Assembly: GCA_963794325.1 (NCBI GenBank)
Contig: CAWCDG010000004.1
Location: 768,001 to 832,000 of the forward strand
Direction: 5' to 3'
DNA from: an uncultured delta proteobacterium
GTDB taxonomy: Bacteria; Desulfobacterota; Binatia; Binatales; Binataceae
Length of the DNA stretch: 64,000 nucleotides
Of the stretch, positions 21,591 to 31,665 are shown in pieces. Position 1 is the first letter of the stretch, and every line of letters begins with the position of its first letter. The notes under the pieces are model-generated. The model saw nothing but the letters and a program-made list of their open reading frames with translations, was not told the origin of the DNA and ran no database searches. The position numbers and the translations under genes were made by a program.

Positions 21591-23006
21591 ATGGACAAGT
21601 CAGCGATTCGAACTCACGTCGATCGGCTTTGGGACGAATCAATCGTCGCCGAGCTGGTCGAGTACATTCGCATCCCCAACAAGTCGGTCGCGTTCGATCG
21701 CGACTGGAAAGCGCACGGCCACATGGACCGCGTCGTCGCGCGCTTCGAGGATTGGGCGCGCCGCCAGTCCCTCCGCGGGATGAAGCTGGAGGTCGTGCGC
21801 CTCGAAGGACGCACCCCGCTGCTGTTCATCGAGATCCCCGGCGACTCGGACGATTGCGTGCTGCTCTATGGCCACATGGACAAGCAGCCCGAGATGTCGG
21901 GATGGCGCGACGGGCTCGGCCCGTGGAATCCGGTGCGCGAGGGCGATCGTCTGTACGGCCGCGGCAGCGCCGACGACGGCTACGCGATGTTCGCGTGCCT
22001 CGGCGCAATCGGCGCGCTGCAAGCCAACTCGGTCAAGCACGCGCGATGCGTCGTGATTATCGAGGCATGCGAGGAAAGCGGCAGCTTCGACCTCCCTCAT
22101 TATATTGCGCATCTCGCGCCGCGCATCGGGCAGCCCAGCCTGTGCATCGCGCTCGACTCCGGATGCGGCAACTACGAACAACTGTGGCTGACGACCTCGC
22201 TGCGCGGCTTGGTCGGCGGGCGCCTGCAAGTCGATATGCTCACCGAGGGCGTGCACTCGGGCGATGCCGGCGGCGTCGTGCCCGACAGCTTCCGCATCGT
22301 GCGCCAGTTGTTAAGCCGCGTCGAGGAGGAGTCAACCGGCAAGGTGCTCGGTAATGAATTCTACGCGACGATTCCCGACGCGCGCCTCAAGCAAGCGGCC
22401 GCGACCGCCAAAGTGCTCGGCGACGACATCTACACAAAGTTCCCGTTCGTCGAGCACGCACGTCCCGTCAGCAACGATCCCGCGGAGCTGATCCTCAACC
22501 GCGCATGGCGGCCCGCGCTCTCGATCATCGGCGCCGACGGCCTGCCGGCGACCAGTAACGCGGGCAATGTGCTACGCCCGGGCACGGCGGTGAGCGTGTC
22601 GCTCAGACTGCCGCCGACGGTCGATGCGAAAGTCGCGTCGCAGAAGCTGAAAAATATTTTGGAGAAAGATCCGCCTTACGGGTGCAAGGTGACGTTCCAA
22701 TCCAACTGGGGCGCCAGCGGATGGGATTCTCCAGCGCTATCGCCATGGCTCGAGCGCAGCCTCGACGCCGCCTCGAATGACTACTTCGGCAAACCAACTG
22801 CGTACATGGGCGAAGGCGGCACGATTCCTTTCATGGGGATGCTGGGTGAGCGCTTCCCGAAATCTCAATTCCTGATCACCGGTGTGCTAGGCCCACACGC
22901 CAACGCCCACGGCCCCAACGAGTTCCTGCACATCCCAACGGCCAAGAAAGTGACCTGCTGCGTCGCAAAAGTGATCGCCGATCATTTCACTCGCACCAAC
23001 AGTTAA
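21591..23006 (+). CDS. M20 family metallopeptidase/dipeptidase
   Basis: YGHMDKQP, YGRGSADDG, EESGS, GEGGTIP, NAHGPNE. Confidence 0.92.
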   Translation: MDKSAIRTHVDRLWDESIVAELVEYIRIPNKSVAFDRDWKAHGHMDRVVARFEDWARRQSLRGMKLEVVRLEGRTPLLFIEIPGDSDDCVLLYGHMDKQPEMSGWRDGLGPWNPVREGDRLYGRGSADDGYAMFACLGAIGALQANSVKHARCVVIIEACEESGSFDLPHYIAHLAPRIGQPSLCIALDSGCGNYEQLWLTTSLRGLVGGRLQVDMLTEGVHSGDAGGVVPDSFRIVRQLLSRVEEESTGKVLGNEFYATIPDARLKQAAATAKVLGDDIYTKFPFVEHARPVSNDPAELILNRAWRPALSIIGADGLPATSNAGNVLRPGTAVSVSLRLPPTVDAKVASQKLKNILEKDPPYGCKVTFQSNWGASGWDSPALSPWLERSLDAASNDYFGKPTAYMGEGGTIPFMGMLGERFPKSQFLITGVLGPHANAHGPNEFLHIPTAKKVTCCVAKVIADHFTRTNS

Positions 23007-23016
23007 GGAGGACGCC

Positions 23017-23791
23017 ATGTCGATTCGACTTCGTCAGATTGCGCTGGTCGCTAACAAACTCGCGCCGGTGATCGAGGATCTGAAGGGCGTGTTCGGACTC
23101 GAGGTCTGTTACATCGATCCTGGAGTTGGAGCGTTCGGGCTCGAGAATTCGCTGCTGCCGGTCGGCAACAACTTCATCGAAGTTGTCGCGCCGATCAAGG
23201 AAGGCACCGCGGGCGGCCGTTACCTCAAACGGCGCGGCGGCGACGGCGGCTACATGGTCATCTGCCAATGCGAGAGTCATGCGGCGCAACTCGAGCGGCG
23301 CGAGCGCGCGATCGCGACGGGCATCCGAATCGCGTGGGAGCGAGAGAGCGGCGGGTATCACGTGATGCAGTTGCATCCGGCGGACACCGGCGGCTCATTC
23401 TTCGAGATCGATTGGGACGCGAAGGGCGAGCCCGAAGGCAACTGGGAACCGGCGGGCGGCAAGCGGATGGCGCAAGGCGAAACGAACGGAAGTCATCAGT
23501 GCGTATTCGGCGGTTGAGCTCCAATCACCCGATCCCGCCGGCCTCGCCGATCGATGGAGTAAAATCGCGGGCGTGCCGGTGCGCAAGGACTCGCGCGGCC
23601 GAATCGAGATGCCGCTCGACAACGCGAGCGTCCGCTTCGTCGAGGCGACCGACGGGCGCGGCGAAGGGCTGTCGGGAATCGACATGGTCGTCGCGGATCG
23701 CGCGAAGCTGAATTCCGCCGCCGAGCGCCGCGGCTACAAAACCACCGGCGACCAACTGACGATCTGCGGCACGCGCTTCTACTTAGTCTAG
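23017..23791 (+). pseudogene. VOC/glyoxalase_3-like gene with a 1-nt frameshift near 23461
   Basis: MSIRLRQIALVA...WEPAGG continues in another frame as SGWRKAKRTEVISAYSAVELQSPDPAGLADRW...ICGTRFYLV*. Confidence 0.75.
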
Positions 23792-23812
23792 CCAAATCGC
23801 TAGTCTCGCGAT

Positions 23813-26215
23813 GTGCGCAGGATACTGCTCATCGTTGGCATAGTCGTTGGCGCGGTGGTGCTGATCGCGCTCGGGCTGACCGCGTACGCATTCTTCAATC
23901 TGAGTTCGATCGTCGCGCACAACGAGAAGCGAATCCTCGCGCGCGTGAGCGATGCGCTTGGCCGGCCGGTCCAGGTCGGGAAGATACAGGCGCAGATGGG
24001 ATGGGGCGTCTCGGTCGAAGTGAGCGGGCTCACGATTGCAGACGATCCGGCTTTTTCGCAAAAACCGTTTCTCGCCGCCAACGACGTGTCAGTGGACGTC
24101 GAGTTTCTTCCACTGCTGCGCGGCGAGGCGAAGGTCACACGGCTCGAACTGATCAAGCCCGACATCCGGCTCGTGATGAACGCGGGCGGCGATCTGAATG
24201 TGAGTACAATCGGGTCGAGTCCTGAGGATGCCGCCCGAAAAGCGGCGCATGCGCCGAACCGTCACGGCCACAATCGATCGTCGCTTGGCGACCTGTCGAT
24301 CAAGGCGCTCAGCATCGAGGACGGCCGGATCTATTTCAACGACCTTGGCGAAAAGGCGACGCCGATTCACGTCCGCCATCTGGACCTCGACGTGACAAAC
24401 TTCAACGCCGCTTCGGCGTTTGACATCGCCACGAAATTTGCCTTTCCAGGTGATGTGCAGAACGTCGCCGCGTCGGGGAAGATCGGACCGTTGCTCAATC
24501 AAGGCATGCTGGACGCCTCGGGAATACCCGTCGATCTGACGTTCAAGCTCGATTCGATTCTGCTCGACAGTCTCCGGCCGCTCGCTGATATCGGTTCGGA
24601 TATTCCGCCGGGGCTTTCGATTCCCGACGCCGCGTCGATTGGCGGGACTCTTCGCGGTACGGTCGGCAAACTCGCAATTGCGCTCAGCACCGACCTGACT
24701 GCGAACCGGGTCGCATACTCGACGGTGCTCAGCAAGCCCGCGGGAACTGCGATGACGGTGAATGCGAACGGCACCTGGGGCGATCAGCTCGAGATAGCAA
24801 GCATCAACTTGAAGCTGTCCGATCTCGAGGTGACGGCGAGCCGGTTTGCCGGTTTTTCAACTGGCGGCGCGCAACCCGCAACGCAGCAACCCCTGACCGC
24901 GCAAATCGATTCCAACAGTTTCAACCTCGCCAATCTGAGCCCGATGATCACTGCTGCGGCCGCGTACGGCGTCGCGGGCACCAGCGAAGTTCACGGCGCG
25001 GTGAAACTCGGCAACAACGCACCCGCTATCGATGGAACCGTGACGCTGAAACAAGTCGCGCTGAAGCCGCCGTCGTGGCAGAGCGGAGTCAGCGATCTGA
25101 ATGGATCGGTTCGGTTTGCCAACGGCGTCGAAACGATCGAGCCGACCGGCTTCACCTTCGGTTCCGCGCACGCGAACATCGAAGGACGAGTCGAATCGTT
25201 GAGCCCGCTGAAAGCGAGTTATTCGTTGAAGGCCGACTCGGTGAAGCTCGCGCAGATACTCGCCAGCCGTCCACCGACGGACGTGATCAACGGGCTGCTG
25301 GTCAACGGCATTGCGGACGGCGAGCTGGCTGCGCCGCGAATCAGTGCGACGATCAAATCCACCGACGGATCGCTCCAGAATGTTTCATATAACCATCTCG
25401 ATTTGACGGCGGCCTACTTTAACCGCCGGGTATCGGCGCGTCCGCTCAACGTCGGATTGTTTGGCGGCTCGCTGGGAGCGAATGCGGATGCGGTCCTCGG
25501 CGACGTGCCGACTTTCAACGTCACCCTCGCGATGAGAAATCTGAACATGGAGGAGGCGCTGCGCTCGCAGAATATCGATGCGGCCGGAAGGTTGCGCGGA
25601 TTCCTGACCGGCAACGTGGCGGCGTCGGGCAGCGGCGCGGATTGGAATCGAATCAGGCCGACTCTTCGCGGCAGCGGCCGAGTGGCGATCGCTAACGGTA
25701 AGCTGGTTGGCGTCAATATCGTGGCTGACGCGCTCAACGCGGTCGCCGCGGCGCCGGGCGTCAGCCAGCTCGTGAACGTGGCCTTCATGTCGAGTCATCA
25801 CGGGCTGCTGGTCGATCCGGACACCGAGCTGAAATCCGCGAGCATGAGCTTTCAGCAAGTAGGGCCGCGATTCACAACGCACGATCTCTTCGTGCAGTCG
25901 CCGGACTACGCGATCACGGGCGACGGCTGGTTCGACATGGACAAGAACATTGAGATGAACGCCGACATCCGCCTCGCGCTCGGACTGCAAGTCGCGATTC
26001 CGGTGACGGTGAGCGGGCAACTGCCTGGAGCGCGGGTCTTGCCGGACGTGCCGAAGCTGGCGGAGCGCGTCGCGATGGGCGCGATTAACACGCCCGGCAA
26101 TATAATCCGCGGCGGTGTGAACGCGGTCGGCTCGGTGGTCGGCGCGCCTTCAGCCGGCTCGGCGATTCCGTCGATTCCCAATCCGATTAATGCTCTCAAG
26201 AAACTGTGGCATTGA
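23813..26215 (+). CDS. AsmA family protein
   Basis: N-terminal TM, ALGRPVQVG..I.DDPAFS, LPLLRGE, C-terminal GSGRVAIANGKLVGVNI. Confidence 0.85.
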   Translation: MRRILLIVGIVVGAVVLIALGLTAYAFFNLSSIVAHNEKRILARVSDALGRPVQVGKIQAQMGWGVSVEVSGLTIADDPAFSQKPFLAANDVSVDVEFLPLLRGEAKVTRLELIKPDIRLVMNAGGDLNVSTIGSSPEDAARKAAHAPNRHGHNRSSLGDLSIKALSIEDGRIYFNDLGEKATPIHVRHLDLDVTNFNAASAFDIATKFAFPGDVQNVAASGKIGPLLNQGMLDASGIPVDLTFKLDSILLDSLRPLADIGSDIPPGLSIPDAASIGGTLRGTVGKLAIALSTDLTANRVAYSTVLSKPAGTAMTVNANGTWGDQLEIASINLKLSDLEVTASRFAGFSTGGAQPATQQPLTAQIDSNSFNLANLSPMITAAAAYGVAGTSEVHGAVKLGNNAPAIDGTVTLKQVALKPPSWQSGVSDLNGSVRFANGVETIEPTGFTFGSAHANIEGRVESLSPLKASYSLKADSVKLAQILASRPPTDVINGLLVNGIADGELAAPRISATIKSTDGSLQNVSYNHLDLTAAYFNRRVSARPLNVGLFGGSLGANADAVLGDVPTFNVTLAMRNLNMEEALRSQNIDAAGRLRGFLTGNVAASGSGADWNRIRPTLRGSGRVAIANGKLVGVNIVADALNAVAAAPGVSQLVNVAFMSSHHGLLVDPDTELKSASMSFQQVGPRFTTHDLFVQSPDYAITGDGWFDMDKNIEMNADIRLALGLQVAIPVTVSGQLPGARVLPDVPKLAERVAMGAINTPGNIIRGGVNAVGSVVGAPSAGSAIPSIPNPINALKKLWH

Positions 26216-26236
26216 GCACAGCGGGGGCTTCCGCGT

Positions 26237-26416
26237 CTAACGGTTGAGCAAACCAATCGTGCCGACGATCCACACGACGGTCACGATACCGAAAATCACG
26301 CCCGGCAATTCCGAAAGGAAGCAGTTCTGGCACATAGTGAGTCCCTCGCTCTTGGTCGGAGAAATCACGAACCCGCGAATCGCCGCCACTTGTTTCTGAT
26401 TGAGCATCGAAGTCAT
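26237..26416 (-). CDS. small hydrophobic protein (59 aa; CxxC and a C-terminal TM)
   Basis: AGGAGG RBS before MTSMLNQ...MCQNCFLSELPGVIFGIVTVVWIVGTIGLLNR; second possible start at 26335 with GAGGG. Confidence 0.55.
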   Translation of the reverse strand: MTSMLNQKQVAAIRGFVISPTKSEGLTMCQNCFLSELPGVIFGIVTVVWIVGTIGLLNR

Positions 26417-26526
26417 TTTGTTCGCCTCCTGATGGAACAACGTCTTCACCTCTAAGGCGTTAAAACGCCCTGAACGAGTGGTTCAAATGAGGCGAACGGA
26501 GCGAACGATTAGCGAAAAGGATTCAG

Positions 26527-26937
26527 TTACGGAAGGATGTCGAAGCGTCCAAATCGATGCGGCCGATAAATTTCGAAGTCTTGACGGTCAATGGTAAAGA
26601 CGCGCCGAAGGTTGTCGCGCTCAGCGACGCGCACCAAGGCTGCATCTGCGAGATCCATGGGCAGATCGCGATACTTCCACATGAGTTCCCGCATGCGAGG
26701 CCAATCGTCAGGACCGAGTCCGGCAAACTGTACGCTTACGAGGTCGATCATGTCCCATAAAGCCCGCTGGGCCGGTGCACTAGCGCGTAGCAAATGCATC
26801 GCTTCGGTAAAGGCCGGCCAGACCGTTATGAGTGGGTCGCGGATGGTCGCAAACGCCGCGACGCATCGCTGATTATAGGGATCGCTGCGGTCAATTAGCG
26901 CGACGAGAGGACCGGCGTCGACTAGAACGCTTGGCAT
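26527..26937 (-). CDS. vapC: VapC PIN-domain toxin
   Basis: VLVDAGPLVA, TEA, MDLADAALV, FTIDRQDF. Confidence 0.92.
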   Translation of the reverse strand: MPSVLVDAGPLVALIDRSDPYNQRCVAAFATIRDPLITVWPAFTEAMHLLRASAPAQRALWDMIDLVSVQFAGLGPDDWPRMRELMWKYRDLPMDLADAALVRVAERDNLRRVFTIDRQDFEIYRPHRFGRFDILP

Positions 26938-27196
26938 TCCTTTCTTCTTGCAGCATTCGTGCGAACCGCTCGCCGGTGCGCTCCGACAAATTCATCCCGC
27001 CGCTATCCCAGGAGCCTATCAGATGAGCCACCAGCTCGTAGGGCGTAGGCTTTGACTTTGAGACCTGCGCCTGTTGGTTTCGCATTGTCGCCAGCGCTTG
27101 GCGCACCACTTCGGACTTTGTTAGCCCACGCTCTCGCGCAACTCGCTCAACGAAAGCGGCGGTCTGCGGATCGATTCTGATGTTCAGGGCGGCCAT
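26891..27196 (-). CDS. vapB: ribbon-helix-helix (CopG-like) antitoxin
   Basis: LNIRID...ARERGLTKSEVVRQAL, LIGSWDSG..NLS; upstream of and overlapping vapC. Confidence 0.85.
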   Translation of the reverse strand: MAALNIRIDPQTAAFVERVARERGLTKSEVVRQALATMRNQQAQVSKSKPTPYELVAHLIGSWDSGGMNLSERTGERFARMLQEERNAKRSSRRRSSRRAN

Positions 27197-27203
27197 CACC
27201 AAA

Positions 27204-27228
27204 TTTGTATCACAGCGTGTAATACAAA
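27204..27228. promoter_or_regulatory. probable vapBC autoregulatory operator
   Basis: Near-perfect IR TTTGTATCACA-GCG-TGTAATACAAA just upstream of the antitoxin. Confidence 0.65.
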
Positions 27229-27251
27229 GCCACCTTGAGAGGACTGGTTTG

Positions 27252-28193
27252 TTAACGCCGAGTGAGCTTGTCTACTTCGGCGAGTTCTTCTGCTGACAGT
27301 TTCCAGTTGCCGGCTTTGACGTTCTGCGTCACCTGCTCCGCGCTGGTTGCGCCGGAGATTACGCTGGAGACTTGCGGTTGCGACGCGAGCCACCCGACTG
27401 CCAGCTCGAGCATCGCATGCTCGCGGCTGCTCGCGAACTTCTCGAGCTTTTCGAGGGTCGCAAAGTTTTCGTCCGTGAGCGCCTGCTTCGCCATCCGCTG
27501 CACCAGCGAAAGCCGCGTGCCCTTTGGCGGCTCGGCGCCGCGCTTGTATTTGCCGGTGAGAAATCCACTTGCCAATGGAAAGTAGGGCAGGATGCCTACG
27601 CCGAATTCGCGGCATGCGGGAATCAGTTCGCGCTCGATGCGGCGGTCGAGCAGGTTGTACTGATTCTGCGCGGAGATATATGAGGCAAGTCCGCGGCTGC
27701 GGGAAATCCAGTGCGCATCGACCGCTTGCCACGCCGCGAAGTTGCTATGTCCGATATAGCGGACCTTGCCGGCGCGCACGAGATCATTGAGCGCTTCGAG
27801 CGTCTCATGCTGCGGCGTTTCGGGATCGGGCTGATGAATCTGGTAGAGGTCGATATAGTCGGTGCCAAGTCGCTTCAGGCTCGCCTCGGCGGCCGCCATG
27901 ATGTAGCGGTACGATCCTCCTTTCAGATAAGGACCGTCGCCCATCGCCATGCCGAACTTGGTCGCGACGATAATGTCGCGGCGGCGATCGCCGAGCGCCT
28001 TGCCGAGCAACTCTTCCGAGCCGCCGCGATTGCCGTAAATGTCGGCGGTGTCGAACAGCGTGATGCCCTCGTCGAGCGCCTTATGCACCACGGCGCGCGT
28101 CTGTTCCGCGTCGCATCGCATGCCGAAGTTGTTGCATCCGAGGCCGACCGCCGAAACCTTGAGTCCGGAATTTCCGAGATTGCGATATTCCAC
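27252..28193 (-). CDS. aldo/keto reductase
   Basis: LGNSGLKVSAVGLGCNNFG, FDTADIYG, ATKFG, YIDLYQIH, YFPLASG. Confidence 0.94.
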   Translation of the reverse strand: MEYRNLGNSGLKVSAVGLGCNNFGMRCDAEQTRAVVHKALDEGITLFDTADIYGNRGGSEELLGKALGDRRRDIIVATKFGMAMGDGPYLKGGSYRYIMAAAEASLKRLGTDYIDLYQIHQPDPETPQHETLEALNDLVRAGKVRYIGHSNFAAWQAVDAHWISRSRGLASYISAQNQYNLLDRRIERELIPACREFGVGILPYFPLASGFLTGKYKRGAEPPKGTRLSLVQRMAKQALTDENFATLEKLEKFASSREHAMLELAVGWLASQPQVSSVISGATSAEQVTQNVKAGNWKLSAEELAEVDKLTRR

Positions 28194-28213
28194 GATCTAT
28201 CCTTTTGTGAGCT

Positions 28214-29071
28214 TCATGCTGCGGCTTCGGGAGGAAAGAACACCAAGGTTCGCACCTCGACGCTTTCGCGCGCCGCGGCGTCCGGCGGACTCGAGGGATC
28301 CTCGAAAGCGGAATGCGCGGTGAAGCGCGCTCCCCGTCCGTCGGAGTCGTAGCACTTGAGCAATAGCACTTCTTCCTTTTGCTGATTCGGAATGTAGTAC
28401 CATCGATGATTCGGATTATACGCGACCGAGTACACCTCGCCGTCGCGATCGCGATATTTGAGCACGTGCTTGACGAAGTCGTCCTGCACCATGCTTTGTG
28501 CGTCGCAAACTGCCAGCGGAGATTCCTGCACCGGTCCGCGAATCGGGCGCCAGACGTTGATTACCGCGAAGCGATTCTTGAGCAGTGCATCAGCGTTGTC
28601 CGGCAGAAGATCGCGCACGCGTTGCGGCCCACTCTTGAGCGTGTAGTCGTTGTGCGCGACCTTGACCGGCTCCTGCGCGCCGTTTTCATGGCGCTTCGCC
28701 ATCGGTCGCGATCGCACGTTATGGTCGAACACGTGCACTTTGACGGCGCCGGTAAATTCGCGGACCATCCGCTCGACTTCGGGATAATAAACACGCCGAA
28801 CTTCTTCGGGGTCGTAAAAATTCTCGACCGCGGTGTTCTGACGCGTCACCGCAAAGCCTTGGCGGTCGAGAGACAGCTCGCTCATAATCGTGCGGGCGCT
28901 GTGAATCGGCACGGTAAACTTTGCGTAGGTTCCGGTCCGCGCGGGGACGCCCGGCGGCGGCTTGAAGTTGTAGCTGACCGGGCGCTGCTCTTTGTCGGCA
29001 AGATAATTGAGCACGCCGCTGACGTAATCGGGACTGCTGTGCGTCGCAAGCTCGGTATTGGGTGTCGTCAT
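28214..29071 (-). CDS. CmcJ/NvfI/AsaB-like Fe(II) oxidoreductase
   Basis: YYPEV, FDHNVR, HNDYT (HxD), INVWRPI..P, TAHSAF, RESVEVR. Confidence 0.85.
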   Translation of the reverse strand: MTTPNTELATHSSPDYVSGVLNYLADKEQRPVSYNFKPPPGVPARTGTYAKFTVPIHSARTIMSELSLDRQGFAVTRQNTAVENFYDPEEVRRVYYPEVERMVREFTGAVKVHVFDHNVRSRPMAKRHENGAQEPVKVAHNDYTLKSGPQRVRDLLPDNADALLKNRFAVINVWRPIRGPVQESPLAVCDAQSMVQDDFVKHVLKYRDRDGEVYSVAYNPNHRWYYIPNQQKEEVLLLKCYDSDGRGARFTAHSAFEDPSSPPDAAARESVEVRTLVFFPPEAAA

Positions 29072-29161
29072 AGGAAGTACTCCTGGGTTCCTTCCCCTTT
29101 GCTACGGCAGCCCGCGCGGCGGGTCAAGCGCGATTCTGACGAAGGTGTCAATATTCAGCGG

Positions 29162-29677
29162 ATGCCCAAGCTGCGCGACATACTGAAGCCGCGGCCGCGA
29201 ATCCTGTTCGTCGGCATCAATCCAAGTATTCGCTCGGAGCAAATGGGGCATCACTTTGCGAGCCCCGGCAATCCGTTCTGGCGACTGCTGTATGCGGCGC
29301 GGCTCGTGCCCGAGGAACTTACCAGCGAGCGCGACGCGCGCCTGATCGAGTTCGATCTGGCGTTGACCAGTCTCTGCCCGCGCGCGACCCGGTCGGCTGC
29401 GGAGTTGACCACCGCTGAAATGATCGCGGGACGAGAAGCGCTCGCACGAAGGATTCGACGGGTGCGTCCGCGCGTGGTCGCATTCGTGGGAGTGAGCATC
29501 TACCGGCGATTTTTTGGAGTCGCGCAAGGCGACGGTGCGGGTCCCAAGAAGGAGCAAATATTCGGCGCGCGCGTTTTCGTGTTGCCGAATCCCAGCGGCC
29601 TGAATGCGAGCTACCCAGGATTCAAGCACAAGTTGATATGGTTCGAGCGCCTGCGTAAGTTCTCCGAGAATCTGTGA
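29162..29677 (+). CDS. mug: mismatch-specific uracil-DNA glycosylase
   Basis: LFVGINPS, GHHFASPGNPFW, LPNPSGLNA. Confidence 0.9.
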   Translation: MPKLRDILKPRPRILFVGINPSIRSEQMGHHFASPGNPFWRLLYAARLVPEELTSERDARLIEFDLALTSLCPRATRSAAELTTAEMIAGREALARRIRRVRPRVVAFVGVSIYRRFFGVAQGDGAGPKKEQIFGARVFVLPNPSGLNASYPGFKHKLIWFERLRKFSENL

Positions 29678-29694
29678 GTTCTCTTGCAGTCCAA

Positions 29695-29768
29695 GTGGCA
29701 CAGGCTTCAGCCTGTGATTCTTTCCTGGATTTATGGACTAGAAAATCACAGGCTAAAGCCTGTGCCAC
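29695..29768. repeat. REP doublet (family D)
   Basis: GTGGCACAGGCTTCAGCCTGTGATT...AATCACAGGCTAAAGCCTGTGCCAC, two inverted internally palindromic units. Confidence 0.8.
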
Positions 29769-29820
29769 CAAAATCAATAACCTGAGAGCAAAATGGCGTC
29801 CTCGCCATTTTGCGATTAAT

Positions 29821-29878
29821 ACTGGGTGCAGGGGTCACCCCTGCCGAAGGAGGTGTGGAACCCACCGCGGGTTCCACA
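29821..29878 (-). repeat. double-hairpin repeat family A, copy 4
   Basis: ACTGGGTGCAGGGGTCACCCCTGCCGAAGGAGGTGTGGAACCCACCGCGGGTTCCACA is the reverse complement of family A. Confidence 0.85.
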
Positions 29879-29943
29879 TTCAATAAAGTGATTTCCCCTT
29901 CCCTCGCGTCAGCCCCTTCCTGCCGCTCGCATTGCTCGCTTCG

Positions 29944-31446
29944 TCAGGATGACACGCAGACTCTCCCCGCATCCAGCCGCCACTCGATACTCGTGCATCT
30001 GCGCGCCAGCGCATCGTCGTGCGTCACGATCACCATCGCGCCCGGATATTCGACCAGCGCTTCCTCGAGACGTTCGATCGCCGGCATGTCCAGATGATTG
30101 GTCGGCTCGTCGAGCACCATCGCCCACACCTGGCGCCCAAGCCCATAGGCCATCGCGAGTTTGCGCGCTTCGCCGGGACTTGGCGCTGCGGATTCGAGCA
30201 GCCGATCAGGATCGATTCCCAGCGCGGCGACAAGTGTGAGCACGTGGCCGCGTTCATGCGGATTCAGTTCGCGGACCGCATCGAGCATCGCGACACCGTC
30301 GCGAGCGGTCAGTTCCTGGGGCAGATACAGAATGCGCTCCGCCGCGACACGCGCCCCGCGGATCATCGCGGCCAGCAAGGTAGTCTTGCCGATTCCATTG
30401 GGACCGGCGACGCGAATCTTCGCGTCTCGCAACACTGCTAGGTGGACCTCTTCGAGAATTCGCGCGTCGCCCGCGTAAATCGCAGCCTCGTCGAGCGTGA
30501 AAACCTTGGCCACCGCCGCCGCCACGTAATCGACGAAAATTGAGCGGCCCTTTGCCTTGCGGAATTTGTACTCGCCGATCTTTTCCGACACCCGATCGAC
30601 GCTCGCCCGCAGCACCGCCGCGTCGCGCGAGATTCTCTCCGACGCCATCCGCGCCTTGCCCTTGGCGAGCATACTGGTCGCGTCATGATCGCCGCGAAAC
30701 TTCATCCGCTTGCGGGTACCGGCATTTGCCTCCGCTTCCGCTGACACCGCGAGCCGCCGCTTGTCCGCGAGCCTGTGTGCGAGATTCTCCCGCTGATGCT
30801 TCAGCCGTTCGTATTCCGCATAGCGCTCGCGCTCCTCGGCCTCCCACGCGCACTTCGCGTCGGAGTAGCCGCCGCGCCAGATCCGCGCCGTTCCGTCATG
30901 CACGCGCACGGTGTATCGCATGATCCGATCGAGCAGCGCGCGATCGTGCGACACTATGATGCCGACGCCGCGAAAGCGCTCGAGGCCCTCGATCAACAGG
31001 TCGCGCGCCTCGACATCAAGATGGTCGGTCGGCTCATCGAGCATCAGCACCGCGGGCTCGGCTCCCAGGGCCGCGCCGACTTGCCATCGCTTGCGCTCCC
31101 CAGGCGACAACGTCGGCCATCGCTCCAGTGAGAAACCGTCGAGCCGCAACTCGCCGTGGATTCGCCGCGCGACGCCATCGGTCGCGCGCGCGAACGCCGC
31201 AATCTCAGGCGTCATCGCTTCGACCGTCTGCGCGCACGCACGAATCACTCCGCGCGGCGGATCGAGATTGACGTGACCGGCCGACGGCTCGAGCTCGCCT
31301 GCGATCAGTCGCAGCAACGTAGTCTTGCCCGCACCGTTGGGCCCGACCACTCCCGTCCATCCGGATGCGAGCGTGAGCGTGACGTCGTTAAGCGTGGAAA
31401 CCGAATCGGTATATGAAAAAGAGAGACCTGAAAGTCGCACGAACAT
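29944..31446 (-). CDS. ABC-F family ATPase (possible ribosome protection)
   Basis: Two NBDs ([23 protein letters not shown] and [22 protein letters not shown]), basic helical linker, no TM segments. Confidence 0.88.
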   Translation of the reverse strand: MFVRLSGLSFSYTDSVSTLNDVTLTLASGWTGVVGPNGAGKTTLLRLIAGELEPSAGHVNLDPPRGVIRACAQTVEAMTPEIAAFARATDGVARRIHGELRLDGFSLERWPTLSPGERKRWQVGAALGAEPAVLMLDEPTDHLDVEARDLLIEGLERFRGVGIIVSHDRALLDRIMRYTVRVHDGTARIWRGGYSDAKCAWEAEERERYAEYERLKHQRENLAHRLADKRRLAVSAEAEANAGTRKRMKFRGDHDATSMLAKGKARMASERISRDAAVLRASVDRVSEKIGEYKFRKAKGRSIFVDYVAAAVAKVFTLDEAAIYAGDARILEEVHLAVLRDAKIRVAGPNGIGKTTLLAAMIRGARVAAERILYLPQELTARDGVAMLDAVRELNPHERGHVLTLVAALGIDPDRLLESAAPSPGEARKLAMAYGLGRQVWAMVLDEPTNHLDMPAIERLEEALVEYPGAMVIVTHDDALARRCTSIEWRLDAGRVCVSS

Positions 31447-31524
31447 AATAGCTGCTCCACAAAAACGCCCGCGCGCCGAAAAATTCGCACGAGCTGTTGT
31501 CCGAAGACACCAACGATGGAGTAG

Positions 31525-31552
31525 CTACTTCCGCACGCCTTCAATCTCTCCT
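31525..31552 (-). promoter_or_regulatory. putative leader uORF GTG-CGG-AAG-TAG (MRK*) with AGGAGA RBS
   Basis: Minus strand reads AGGAGAGATTGAAGGC GTG CGG AAG TAG, about 80 nt upstream of the ABC-F start. Confidence 0.5.
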
Positions 31553-31665
31553 GTTCTGGAATGTAGTTGAAACTATCTGCACGACCGGCGCGAATCAATC
31601 ACCGCCAGCTACGCTGATCCGCAATAGAATCGATTGTGACGGGAAGGGATTAGCGGAGAGGTTCG

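Noticed and set aside
28379-29161. N-terminal extension of mug (432-aa ORF)
   Set aside because: Antisense to the CmcJ-like gene; Mug similarity starts at ATG 29162
31305-31598. 97-aa ORF upstream of and overlapping ABC-F
   Set aside because: Overlaps ABC-F out of frame with no recognisable domain; the short MRK uORF is more plausible, though a TTG-initiated leader in this frame cannot be excluded
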